In this document: piece by piece, positions 38,008-49,900 of the stretch
How positions within the stretch are numbered: the first letter of the stretch is position 1
Layout of the letters: each line of letters opens with the position of its first letter
Source: a virus
Length of the DNA: 64,000 nt
Strand: one strand, 5' to 3'
Virus record (IMG/VR): IMGVR_UViG_3300034060_000182
Span: 4,049 to 68,048 of that record
Program-made: the position numbers and the translations under genes
Notes under the pieces: generated by a model
The model's input: only the letters and a program-made list of their open reading frames with translations
Told to the model about the DNA's origin: nothing
Database searches by the model: none

Positions 38008-38415
38008 ATGGAATTAAAAACACGCGCATTAGAAGGATCAGACTGGGAAACTCTAACTTCATGGTGGAAATCATGGAGATGGCCAGAAATGAGCAAAGAG
38101 ATACTACCAATGAATGGAACTGGTGGCATTATGGTTTACAAAGATGATACACCAATAGTTGCAGGTTTTTTATATTTAACCAATTCAAAGGTAGCGTGGT
38201 TAGATTGGATAGTGTCTAATCCTTCTTACAAAGAAATCGACCGTAAGGAAGCAATAGTGTTACTTATAAATACATTAGAAGAGATAGGTAAAAACCAAGG
38301 TTATAATGTGATTATTAGTATTACTAGAAGTAAAAGTCTTATAAATATACATAGAGAACTAAATTATACGATAGATGAAAATCCATCGCACGAAATATCA
38401 AAAAAAATAAATTAA
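38008..38415 (+). CDS. GNAT-fold protein preceding the ejection proteins
   Basis: PIVAGFLY...AWLDWIVSNP; position analogous to T7 gp13. Confidence 0.55.
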   Translation: MELKTRALEGSDWETLTSWWKSWRWPEMSKEILPMNGTGGIMVYKDDTPIVAGFLYLTNSKVAWLDWIVSNPSYKEIDRKEAIVLLINTLEEIGKNQGYNVIISITRSKSLINIHRELNYTIDENPSHEISKKIN

Positions 38416-38416
38416 T

Positions 38417-39136
38417 ATGGCAGCAGTAACAGCAGCAGTAGGAGGAGCGGTCGCAATAGGCGGTTCTTTGATACAAGCAAACCAATCGAAACAAGCAGCA
38501 AAAAACGCTAACAACGAAGCAAATAGAAAAGCTGCGGAAATTGAAGCTATAGAAAGAAATAGACAACCAATACCAAACCCTTATGCAAACGTTAAAGATC
38601 TTAGTTATCTAGCAAAAGATCTTAGTGGTAGTATGAGTAATCCTTATGCAAACTTAGGAGTAGCTACTCAAGCAGCAGAAATGCAAGCAGAGGAAGCAGA
38701 TATTTCTTTAGCTAACACATTAGATACTCTTAGAGCAACTGGAGCAAGTGCAGGTGGTGCAACGGCATTAGCACAAGCTGCTTTACAAAGTAAGAAAGGT
38801 GTTGCTGCTAGTATTGAACAACAAGAAGCTAATAATGAAAAATTAAAAGCACAAGGAGAAGAAGGTCTTCAGACTGCTAGATTAGAAGAAAAGAAAAGAA
38901 TACAAGGTATCAAAATGAGTGAAGCAGGAAGAATGCAAGCTGCTGAAACTGAAGGTATACTTTTCAAATATGGAGAACAAGAATCAAGAGATATAGCTAA
39001 GTTGAATAGATTGTCTGGACAACAAGCTCAAGCTCAATCTAATTATAGTGCGGCTAAATCTGCTCAAAATGCTGCGATAGCTGGTGGAATTAGTGCTGTT
39101 GGTAGTATAGCTGGTTCTTTTGCAGGAGCAAAATAG
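38417..39136 (+). CDS. Ejection/pilot protein 1
   Basis: Ala/Gly hydrophobic ends and Gln/Ala coiled coil. Confidence 0.7.
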   Translation: MAAVTAAVGGAVAIGGSLIQANQSKQAAKNANNEANRKAAEIEAIERNRQPIPNPYANVKDLSYLAKDLSGSMSNPYANLGVATQAAEMQAEEADISLANTLDTLRATGASAGGATALAQAALQSKKGVAASIEQQEANNEKLKAQGEEGLQTARLEEKKRIQGIKMSEAGRMQAAETEGILFKYGEQESRDIAKLNRLSGQQAQAQSNYSAAKSAQNAAIAGGISAVGSIAGSFAGAK

Positions 39137-39162
39137 TAATAATAAAACAAAATATATAAAAT

Positions 39163-40947
39163 ATGGGATATTATGAAAATCCTCCAATGATAAACTCCAA
39201 TAGAGGGAGCGAGATGATTTCTTCTGCTATCGCAAACGCTGCTAGTTCTTTAGCACAGGGTTTACTTGATAAAGGAGAGAGAAGACGTCAGGAAGAAAAA
39301 GAAAGAAAACTTACTATTCAGAAGTTACAAGATAGAAAAAATGAAACAGATCTTTTCTATAATGATAAACTTACTGAATGGTCTTCTAAATATCAAAAAA
39401 CAAACGATGCTGTCGATGCTCAATTGGGTGAATTAGTTAATAGCAAAATATCTAAAGCCGCAGATTCAAGAATAGCTCTTTTAACAGAAACAGATCCTAC
39501 CGTTAGACAAGAATATTTAAAAAATATAAGAAATGCAGATTCTTTTTTAGTTTCATCTAGTAAGTTTGCTAAGTCTTTAGCTGAACAAACTGCTACATGG
39601 CGTATGTCTGCTAAAGGAGCAAAAGTTGGAGTTCCTGGAGGATATGTTATAAACGGTAAAGATGATAAAGAAATATTAGACAATACTGCTTTCGTAGAAG
39701 TTTTAGGCGGAATGGATGCAATGTATGAAAATACAGATATAAGTATTACAGACGATCCAAATGGTGATGGTTCTGTAGTTACTGTACGTGGAAAACATAA
39801 AGATTCTGGAGAAGAATTTGTTGTGTCTAAAAACTCTAAAGACTATGAAAAAGCAGAGGCAGAGGTTGAAGATGGTATATTATTACCAGTAGAAAGTTTA
39901 TCTACTTTTAACACTCAAGCAAGAGAAGTTGTTGCAGATAAGAAAGGTAATATATTTCCTGGATTCTTAGATGACACAAGACAGACTATTGATTTAGATA
40001 GTTCAGGTACTTCTGGTGGAGTAGGAAAAGATGTTTATCAGTTAAAAAATGCTCAAATACTACAAGAAGAAGCAATAAAAAAAGAAATTGGAAAAAAATC
40101 AGAAGTAACTGCTACTGGTTATATTTCTGCAGATAGTCCTTCTAGACTTAGAGTGTTACTAGATTACACACTGAAGAAAGGTCCTGGTTGGTATGATGAT
40201 AATTTTAAAAAATTAACTGTAGACGAGCAGAAAAAAACATTATCAGGAATATTAACAGACTCTGCGTGGGAAACACTAACTGAGAGTTTAGAAAGAAAAG
40301 AAATGAATGGTAAAATGGTTTATTTTAATCCTTCTGCTGATTTACAATTAAAAGATAAGGTATCTGCTGCTAGTTTAAGACAAAGTCAACCAAAAGAAGA
40401 AAAACCGGAAGAAGAACCATTGTACCAAGAAGAATACTTTGATGAAATTATAAATGGTTATAATCCTCCAGCTGGATCAAAACTATCTACAAGTGAAATG
40501 GAATTTAAGAATAGACAGAGTCTAGCAATAAACTTAAATAGACTAACTGGAGAAGGAGATAAGTATAGAACTAAAGAATATCTTTATAAAACATGGTTAA
40601 ATTCACCATACAAACAAGGTAGTTATGATACTGGATTAACAAGAGCAGAAGCATATAAAGAAGGAAAAATAAAAGGTAAACCAGAAGATGCTTTTAAAAA
40701 GAGTTTTAATGGTGAATTATTTGTAAAAGGAGACGGTGGTGTTTATAGACCAGTTCAAGGTTATAACCTAAAGACAGCTACAGGTAGAGTAAAACTAGCA
40801 TTAGATCAAGCAACAAGCTCTTCAGAGAAAAAAGCACTTCAAAAGAAATTAACAGGAGCTAAATTAGCAGACTGGATGCAAAAAAATCCAATCAAAAAAG
40901 GAGAAACACAACAACAATATGCTATTAGAGCTCAAAAATCTATCTAA
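39163..40947 (+). CDS. Ejection protein 2
   Basis: 594 aa, helical, between the pilot and giant proteins. Confidence 0.6.
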   Translation: MGYYENPPMINSNRGSEMISSAIANAASSLAQGLLDKGERRRQEEKERKLTIQKLQDRKNETDLFYNDKLTEWSSKYQKTNDAVDAQLGELVNSKISKAADSRIALLTETDPTVRQEYLKNIRNADSFLVSSSKFAKSLAEQTATWRMSAKGAKVGVPGGYVINGKDDKEILDNTAFVEVLGGMDAMYENTDISITDDPNGDGSVVTVRGKHKDSGEEFVVSKNSKDYEKAEAEVEDGILLPVESLSTFNTQAREVVADKKGNIFPGFLDDTRQTIDLDSSGTSGGVGKDVYQLKNAQILQEEAIKKEIGKKSEVTATGYISADSPSRLRVLLDYTLKKGPGWYDDNFKKLTVDEQKKTLSGILTDSAWETLTESLERKEMNGKMVYFNPSADLQLKDKVSAASLRQSQPKEEKPEEEPLYQEEYFDEIINGYNPPAGSKLSTSEMEFKNRQSLAINLNRLTGEGDKYRTKEYLYKTWLNSPYKQGSYDTGLTRAEAYKEGKIKGKPEDAFKKSFNGELFVKGDGGVYRPVQGYNLKTATGRVKLALDQATSSSEKKALQKKLTGAKLADWMQKNPIKKGETQQQYAIRAQKSI

Positions 40948-40962
40948 TTAAAATAAAAAAAA

Positions 40963-43900
40963 ATGGAAGAAATATATACTTTACCTGATGGTTCAACTGT
41001 AGACATATCTAGTTATTCTCAGTTTCAAAAGACTCTTTTTTTAATGAACAATGCTGGAGCAAAAAAGTCGAAAGGTACTGCGAAAAGTGCGAACGCATTA
41101 CCTACGAAGAAAGCACAGAATCAGGAGTTTCAAAAAGTTACGGAAGAGCATCGTCAAAAAATGGGTACGGTGTCCAAATCGGGAAGTGGTTCTTCGGGTT
41201 CAAAGAAATATAGACTACTTACAGAAGCAGATGTAGACAAAGCAAGAAAAAAAGGCGTATTGCCTCCTCCTTCTACTATACGTTTTTCTGAAGGAGAGTT
41301 AAACGCAGATAGTTATGAATATGACTTCAAAGGAAATCTAAGTAAGAAATTAAACAAACCTTTACCAGAATATAAATACGGTAAAGATTATAAACCTAAA
41401 CACGAAGAAACGAGAGAAGTTTACTTAGCTAACAAGGATAATATAAGTGTAAAAATAGATAAAAAACTAAATACTGAAACCGAGTATGAAACAAATCGTG
41501 TTGATGTAAATGGAGTGCCAGATCCGTTTTTAAATGACTTAAAAATAAGACAATTAGAAAGAGAGAAAGCTAAAACAGATTCTGCTTTAGAACATCCTTA
41601 TTTATATTATTCTTCTTACAATCAAGAAAAACCAGATTCTTTTGTTAAAGATAATTTTAACGAAATGGAATTAGAGGATCTTGGTATAAATGCTCAGGAC
41701 TTTGATGGTTTCTTAAACAAGAATAAATACAAAGAAGATTTTTTAGATAAAGAACAAAGAGGTTTATTTACAAAAGGAACTGGTGTTGCTGGATATGATG
41801 TAGAATTAGCTAAAGAATTACAGAAGAAAAAGTTACTTACTTTATACATGTCTAATATTCAAAGTAGAGATATTACTAGACAAACTATCAATCAAGATAT
41901 TGAAATAACTAAAGGACTTAGAGACAAGAGAGATATAAAAGAAAACGTTATATTTGATAGTAACAAGTTAATAAATTACGTTGAAAAGAATTTTCCTATA
42001 TATACTCAAAAGTTAAAAGAAAGCGAAGCAAAAAGCAGAAAAATATACGAAGAAGCTAAAACAGGTGGAACAGACTTTTGGAGTTGGGACACTGGTGCTA
42101 AAATGACAAACGCTACTTGGAATGGTTTTACAAACAGAGTGCATCAATTTAGTGCCACCGTTTACGACAAAATAGGCATGAAAGATGTTGCAGAATATTC
42201 TAGATTCATGGCGGATCAAGATGCTGTAGAAACTCCAGACGACAGATCTGTAGGATATGTTGGTGGTAAAGAAACTTATGTTGATGGTAAAAAATATTTA
42301 GTTAGTTCTAAAGGAGATGTTTACGATGCTGATTTAAAAATACGAATAACAGATATATTAGAACCTAAAAAGAGAGAAAAAATATATGAAAACTCTAAAT
42401 ATGGACAAAGTGGTTTTGTATTTAGTCCTCAAGGAGTAGCTATAGGAACATCTGCTGTAATAGGCGATATGATCTTACAAGCTGCTTTAACTAGAGGTGT
42501 AGGTGCTTTTGGTACAGTTGCTACTGAAACTAGATTAGCGTTAAGTGTTGCTGGAAAACAAACTCAAGCAAGTCAATTGTTTAATAGTGCTTCTTCTGCT
42601 TTAAAGATGATACCAATGAAAAGATCTACTGGATATGCAATGATTTCTCAAGGAGCATTAGGATATTCGCAAGGATTTGAAGAGACATTAAAAGCAGCTA
42701 GAGAAAATGGTATTAATGATAAGGAAGCGTTTGCTTTAGCTTCTAACGCTGCTCAAAGAATGGGTGCTTTATATGCCACAACAGGTGTAATAAATCCACA
42801 AACAAACGTTGTTGATAATTTATTCACTGCTAAAAACGTAGTAAAAAAAGCAATAGAACAATACACTAAAACTGGTAAGAAAGGTTTTATTCAATCAATA
42901 GACGACGTAGTAAGAAATACACCTAGAAACTTAGTTGAATTTGCAGAAGAAGGTGGTAAAGAAGTTGTACAAGAGAATGTGCAACAAGTTGGTGAGATTG
43001 GTTTAAATAAATTAACAAATCAAGAAGCTGGTAAAAAAATACTTAATGAAGAATATACTGCTAGTGATTTCATAAATACTTCTATATTATCTTTTATATC
43101 TTCTGGTTTAATATCTAAAGCAAAATTACCTGACTTTAAAGTAGAAGACAATGATGTAAACGATTTAATTTCTTTAAGTAAATTAGCTCAAAATAAAAAA
43201 CAATTCGTAAGTACAATAGATGGTTTAGTTGATAGCAAGGTATTTACCGTAGATCAAGCTAATAACTTAAAAGCAGACGTAGATATTTATTCTAATAATA
43301 TAAACAAACTACCTAAAGTTGTTCCTCCTTCTGCGGCGATGCCAATTATGAGGGAGTTGGACAATATTACTAAACTAGAAAACGAAAAGAAATCTACAGA
43401 TAAAGCATTTCATTCTCAAATAGATAGAAAAATAGAAGAAGTTAGGTCAAAAATGCTTGACATACAATATGAAGGTGAATTAAAAGAAAAAAATGAAGCT
43501 ATATCAAGAGCTATAAAAAAAGGAATTGCTAAAGGTATTGAAATGCAAACTTTTTCTAATAGAGAAGAAGTAAAAAACTATTTAGTAAACGAAGTTGGAA
43601 TGTCTAACGAAGATGCAGAACTTTATTATACTCAAACTGGTTTTGCTTTAAGTGCTGACACAATAAGAAAATATTCTAAAGATCCAAGTTCTATTTCAGA
43701 CAACAAACAGATTATAGTTGTAAATGAGGGAGCTTCAAGAGACGCGGGTGTTATACAACACGAATTTTTACATGGATTATTACAAAAAACATTAAAAGAT
43801 AATCCTGAAGCACAAAAACTACTTGGAGTAGCTTTAAACGACGAACTTTTTAAAATACAAGACAACATAAATAAAAATAAACTTAAAGGAACTGTTGTTC

Positions 43901-46900
43901 CAGCGGAGTTTATGGAAAAAATGGAAAAATATTTTAAAAGAAATCAAGAAGACAAAGCAAAATCTATTGGTCAATATCAAAAAGATGTTATGTTTGCTGA
44001 TGGAGACGTATCAAGAATAGCTCAAATAAAAGCAGAACATAACGACTATATGAAAAAGTTAGATGGTGTTATGTGGGAAGAAGCTATAACTGTTTTTTCT
44101 GATGCGGTAAGACAAGGTTATGTTACTTATGAAGAAAGTAAATTTACAAAACTAGGCGATGTAATAAGAAGAGTTTTACAGCAATTAGGTATAGTAAATA
44201 TAAAATTTAATAACGGAAGAGATGTTTATAATTTTATAAAAGATTATAATAAAAGCGTTGAAACAGGTAACTGGGGTAGAGCTATTACTAAAATGAGTAA
44301 CAAAGGCGCTAAGATTAACATTAAATCAAAAACAAACGCGCCTGTTCAAAACACAAAGCCAAAAGAAGGTTCTAAATTTTCTACCACTGCAAAATTTACT
44401 TTATCAGAAAGAAAATCATCTGAAGATATAAAGAAAGATGTAAATAAAAATTATGATAAAGATAAATGGGGAGCAGGTAGTATTTTAGGAAGAGATGAAA
44501 ACCCAGCTATTGAAAGAGTTCTTTATAACATACTTAGTGAATATGATTATATAATAAAAGGTAAAGCAAAAGTATTAAACTTTGCTAACACTCCAGGTTA
44601 TAATGACATGGATATGATTAGTGAAACGTATATACAGTTAATGCCTCATATTAGAAACTTTAATAAAGAGTTCCTACAAAAAAGGGAAGAGTTTAAAAAA
44701 GAACTAGTAAATAAAGGTTTAGACCCTAATAGTGCGGAATTTAAACAAAAAATAGAAGAACAAGACAAAAAAGGTTATGAAGGTAAAAAAGGCATTGTAA
44801 AAGAAAATGATGACTTAAACGCTTGGATAAACTCTCAACTTGTAAATAAAATGAATGCCGCTATGAAGTCAGGGAATGTTTCTGAAGAAGCATTTACAGA
44901 CGACATTGAAGGAGAAATGTTTAAAGAGTCTAGAATAGTAGATGGTTTCACAGGCGATCAAAGCTACCTAGAGGAAGAAGGTGATAGTATTTACGAAGCA
45001 GAAGAAGACTTTGCTCAAGAACAAAATCAACTAGCTGTATTACTTAGTGATCCAATATATAGATTTGTAGATGAAAAAGGTAAACCAATAGACATTGAAA
45101 CAGTGCCTTTTGGTGGTTTCTTTGTTACTGATATTTCAGATCCAAGTATTGCCGCTAATATAAAACTAAGAACAGAAACTGATCCTACTAAAATAGCGGA
45201 GCTTAATAAGGAATTAAAAGATTTAGAAAGAGGCTTAGAGTTACAGAATAAACAAGATATTACATTTGAAGAAAAAGAAGAACTTAAACAGTTAAAATCT
45301 TTTAAATCTTACGATCTTTCTACTGGAATGATGGTAAACACGTTTAAAGCTCTTTCTATTCAAGATACACCTGCTAAAATCATTACAGATGAGGTTGGTA
45401 GAGAAATATTAAGATCACCAAACATTCAAACATTAGAATATAGAAATTTTAAAGAAAAATTGTCTACATTGTCAAAAACAATGGCGAGAAGAATGACATT
45501 TAAAAATGGTCCAGAGATTGAATCTTTAATGTATAATGAATGGGCGTTGCTTTATGATGTGATAAACCACCCTGTAGATCCTGTTACAGGACAATCTAGT
45601 TATGCGTCAAAGAAGTTACCTCCTACATTAAAAGAAACAGACGAAAAAGGGAATTTTAAGAAAATAAACAATATAACTAGAGTTAAGTTTTTGCAAGCTT
45701 ATTACGGAGTTGAAGAAGCTAGTCGTATAATAAAAACATACGGAGGAATCGATGCTGAAAAAGAATTGCGTGAATTTGAAGATCCAGAATTAAGTGAAAA
45801 AGATCAAAAAGCATTAAGACCAACAACCTACTTTGATAGAAGAACAGCTTTAATGGAGTTGTTTGGAGATGTTTTGGTTTTACAAGAAGCCAGAAGACTC
45901 TTACGTAATCCTGAGTTCTTAGATAGAGTATCTGAAAGAAATGTGAACTTATACAACGAGTTAAAAGACGATGTTATTAGAGCTAGTGTTTTAAATGACA
46001 TGTCTAAAGGCAAAAGTGATATTGTTAAGTTCACTTTGTCTGACAACAAAATAATGTCTGGTTTAACTGATTCTGAAACTAGAAGATATAATTCTTTATT
46101 TGAAACAGGAACAAAGCTAAGAAACAATATAGCTGATAACGTTTTGTTTAGCTATGATTCTTCTCCTAAAACTAAGGATATTATTAAATTTAGTTTATCT
46201 GATTTAGAAAAAGAAAAATCAAATAAAGTTTCACCTTTTAAAAATACAAACAAAAAATACGAAAACAACTTTAAACCACCTTCTAGTATATTCGAAGAAA
46301 CTGATTACAGTGAAGAAGAATTAATTATAGCTAAAAACTATTATATAAAAGCTTTACAATACTCAGATATAACTGATACAGAACCCGGCACAAAGCTTCA
46401 TACTTTTAAATACTACGAAGATGTAGAAAAAGAAGTGATAAAAAGAGTAATGGAAACTCTAAGATTATTACAAATATTTCCTAGAACAGTAACAAACATA
46501 GAAGACTTTTTAGATCCAGAAACTGGAGAGATAGATTTTAATTTTAAAGAAAATAGTAATAATCCTTTTGTTATTAAAGATTACAAAGATGGTTACGTAG
46601 ATTCTATGATACAAAAATCTATAACACAACAAAATGAATCGTATGTAAAATATTGGACTGAAATAAAAAACAATCCTGTTTTTAGAGTTAAAGAAATAGA
46701 TAAATTATCTTACAATCAGTACTCTGCTTTAAAAGCTTTAGTTGATGCGGTTTATGATGAAGATAATTCTTATCATAATGGTGTTAAAATTGAAGGTCAA
46801 AACAAATTTGGACTTTATGAAGAAGGAAATAATAACAACTTAAAATTTAATCCTTTTTTCACATACTTGTTTTTAAAAGATGTTTTATCTAGTAGATATA

Positions 46901-49900
46901 GATCAAATCCAGATACAAATTCTTCTGAAAGAAAACCATTTAAGAAATCAGATTATTTTACTACATTAGAACCAATAGACACTTATCTTGATATAATTAT
47001 ACAAGATGTTCAAGACAACTTCAGCGATGTAAAATCGCAACCAGGAATGGTTTATTCTTTAATAAATATTGATTACGGAAAAACATTTTCTAAAGATTGG
47101 GAAGAAAATAGACTTGTTTATAGAGAAGATGATGTTTCTATATTTAAGTTTGAAGCAGGTAGTAAAGACCAAAACAAAGCATATTCTTTAAATAGATTAA
47201 CTGCAAACAACACAAATCCAAAAGGACTTTGGTGTACAGGTCAAAGCGTTTCTACAGCAGCTATGCAGTTAGGAGAAGGTGATTTTTACACCGCTACTGA
47301 TAACGAGTATAAACCTATCATAGCTATTAGAATGGATGCAAGTGCAAATTATTCAGTGGCTGAAGTAGACGGTGTTGGAGAAGAACAGGTTTTTAAAACA
47401 GAAGACCTGCCACTTGTTTCTAAAATATTCTTAGAAACAGATTTAGAAAATAAAGAAAGTTTTTCTAATATAGTAAACGAAATGTACAATATTGCTACTC
47501 AGAATAAAGAAGATTTTGAAGCAAGCAGTAATCCTACAGTAAATGAAGAATTGATCAGGAATGTAAAAAAAATGACTAAAGGAGGTTATTTTATTTTTAA
47601 ACTTGATGAAAAAGACAGAAATAAGGTTCTTAACAAAGCAGATGAATTAAAGAAGTTTTTAACAGAAGCAGGTTACCATGGTGAACAAGTTAGCTTAGGT
47701 GATTTCGTTGATACTGGAAGTAGACATGACTTAAACATAACTGAGGAATCTGCTGAATTACTAGCAGAACAAGCAATTATAACAGAGCAAGAGTTAAACT
47801 TAGACGAGGCAGATGACGGAGGAATTTTTATATATCGTGCTGATGAAAATAATAAACTAAAAAGTTCTAATTTTGTTCTTCCTTATTTACAAGAAATTGA
47901 TTATGTTTATTTTGAAGGTGCTGAAAGATTATTTGCACCACAGTTAGCTAAAGGAAATTTACTTTCTGTTAGTGGAAGACTAGACACGTCTTTTGATGGT
48001 GGTTATTTAGAACTTCCTGATTCCATAAACTTCGATGTTGATGTAATGGTAACACTTGAGGGAACAGCAAATCATTTTGTTTTATCTGATTCTGATACAA
48101 ACTTCGAAGGAAGACAATTCACTCTAACAACTAGTATCGAATTACCAAAAGAATTACTAGAAGAAGAAGGTACTAGTATAGATATTACGACTGTAGATAA
48201 TACTTCAGAAATACTTTTAAGAGGATTAGCAGATGTTATTTATTTACCTGACAATATAAGAAGTTTAGCTCTTCAAAAAGGAAGTATGCCTAATAGTACT
48301 AAACAAACTATGATTGTAGGCTCTATTGATATAGAAGAATTATATATAGAGTCAGGATATACAGACGAAGGTTTTGATCCAAATCAATTTAATTTTGTTA
48401 ATGAAAGAACTTCTATAAAAGAAACATTTTTTGCTTTAAACAAAATGCCTAACGAAGCTCTTGTTAAAAACATATTAAATAGTGATATTGGTTTAATGTC
48501 AGAAAAAATAGTTTTAGAAGGAACAGAAAGTTTTAGAGATGACAATGGTGTTCTTAATTTTAAAGATTTTGAAATAACAGTTAAAGAACCAAGTAAAGGT
48601 AAACCAAACATTGGTAAATTTACTTTAGCAGAAGAAGAAAACGGTAAATTAAATCCTTTGTTAAAAGGTCTTCCTTTTTCAAAACAATGGGTTGTTGCTA
48701 GAGATATAGACAATGCTATCAATAAAGGTAGAGCCGCTGAGGGAATAAGAATACCATTTAGCGTACCAAGTAGGTCTAAGTTCTCTGATGAACAAACAGC
48801 TTATTTTATAATACAAAAAGTAGCAGAAGGTTTTAATGATTTTGAATTTAGAGTAAAGAAAAATGCTAAAGGACCTTTGACTAAACAAGTGCTTGATGCA
48901 TTAGATATTAAATCTAAAGAATACCAAGACAGAGCAGAAAGAAACAACAATATAGAAAGAACTATAAACGAATTTATAGAAGAAAATAAAGGTGTGTCTG
49001 CCGCTGAAACATTTTCACCTGAAACTGCTAAAAACATTGGTAAAAATGTTGGTAAATATGAAATGTACTTACCACCAGAAGACGAAGATTTCTTAGGTTT
49101 GCTATACACACTCGCGGGTGCAAAAGGTAAAAAAGGTGATGATCAATTAAAGTTCTTAACAGATACTTTGTTAAAGCCATATAGTGATGCAATGCTTAAC
49201 TTAATGAAAGCAAGACAGACTATGTATAAAGACTGGCAAGACTTAATTAATAAAAAGCATAAAGGTATAAGTAAATTACTTAAACAAGATTCAGGATATG
49301 GAGGTTATTTAGTTGACCAAGCTGTTAGGGTTTATCTTTGGAGCGCTGCTGGTTACGATATACCTGGATTAGATAAAAAAGATTTATTCCATTTAAGAGA
49401 AATAGTAAGAACTAATCCTAAACTAAGAACCTTTGCTGCTGATGTATCTTTACTTTCTAAACAAGCAAATGGCTATACTGAACCAGATAGTAACTGGGGA
49501 TTTGGAAGTGTGGTAAGTGATATCAACGGAGTTATATCTAAATCTAATAGAAAAAAGTATTTAGAACAATGGCAAAATAATATTGATAAGGCTTTTTCTA
49601 AAGATAACATGAGTAAGATAGAAGCTGTATACGGAAGAAAGTACGTTAAAGCTTTAAGAAACACTCTTGATAGAATGAAGACTGGTAGTAACAGAGCAGA
49701 AGGATCAAACGATGCTTTTCTTAACTGGTTAAATGGAGCTACAGCGGTAACAATGTTTACCAACATAAGATCTGCTTTCCTTCAAACTTTAGGCGCTGTC
49801 AATTACTTAAATACTTCTGATAATAATATAGTTAAAGCTGGCGCTGCACTTTTAAACGTACCTCAGTTCCTTAAAGACTTTAAAACTATATGGAACTCAG

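Noticed and set aside
5367-49766. Many short minus-strand ORFs inside structural genes, and plus-strand ORFs inside replication genes
   Set aside because: They are antisense shadows of long well-supported genes, without leaders or motifs.
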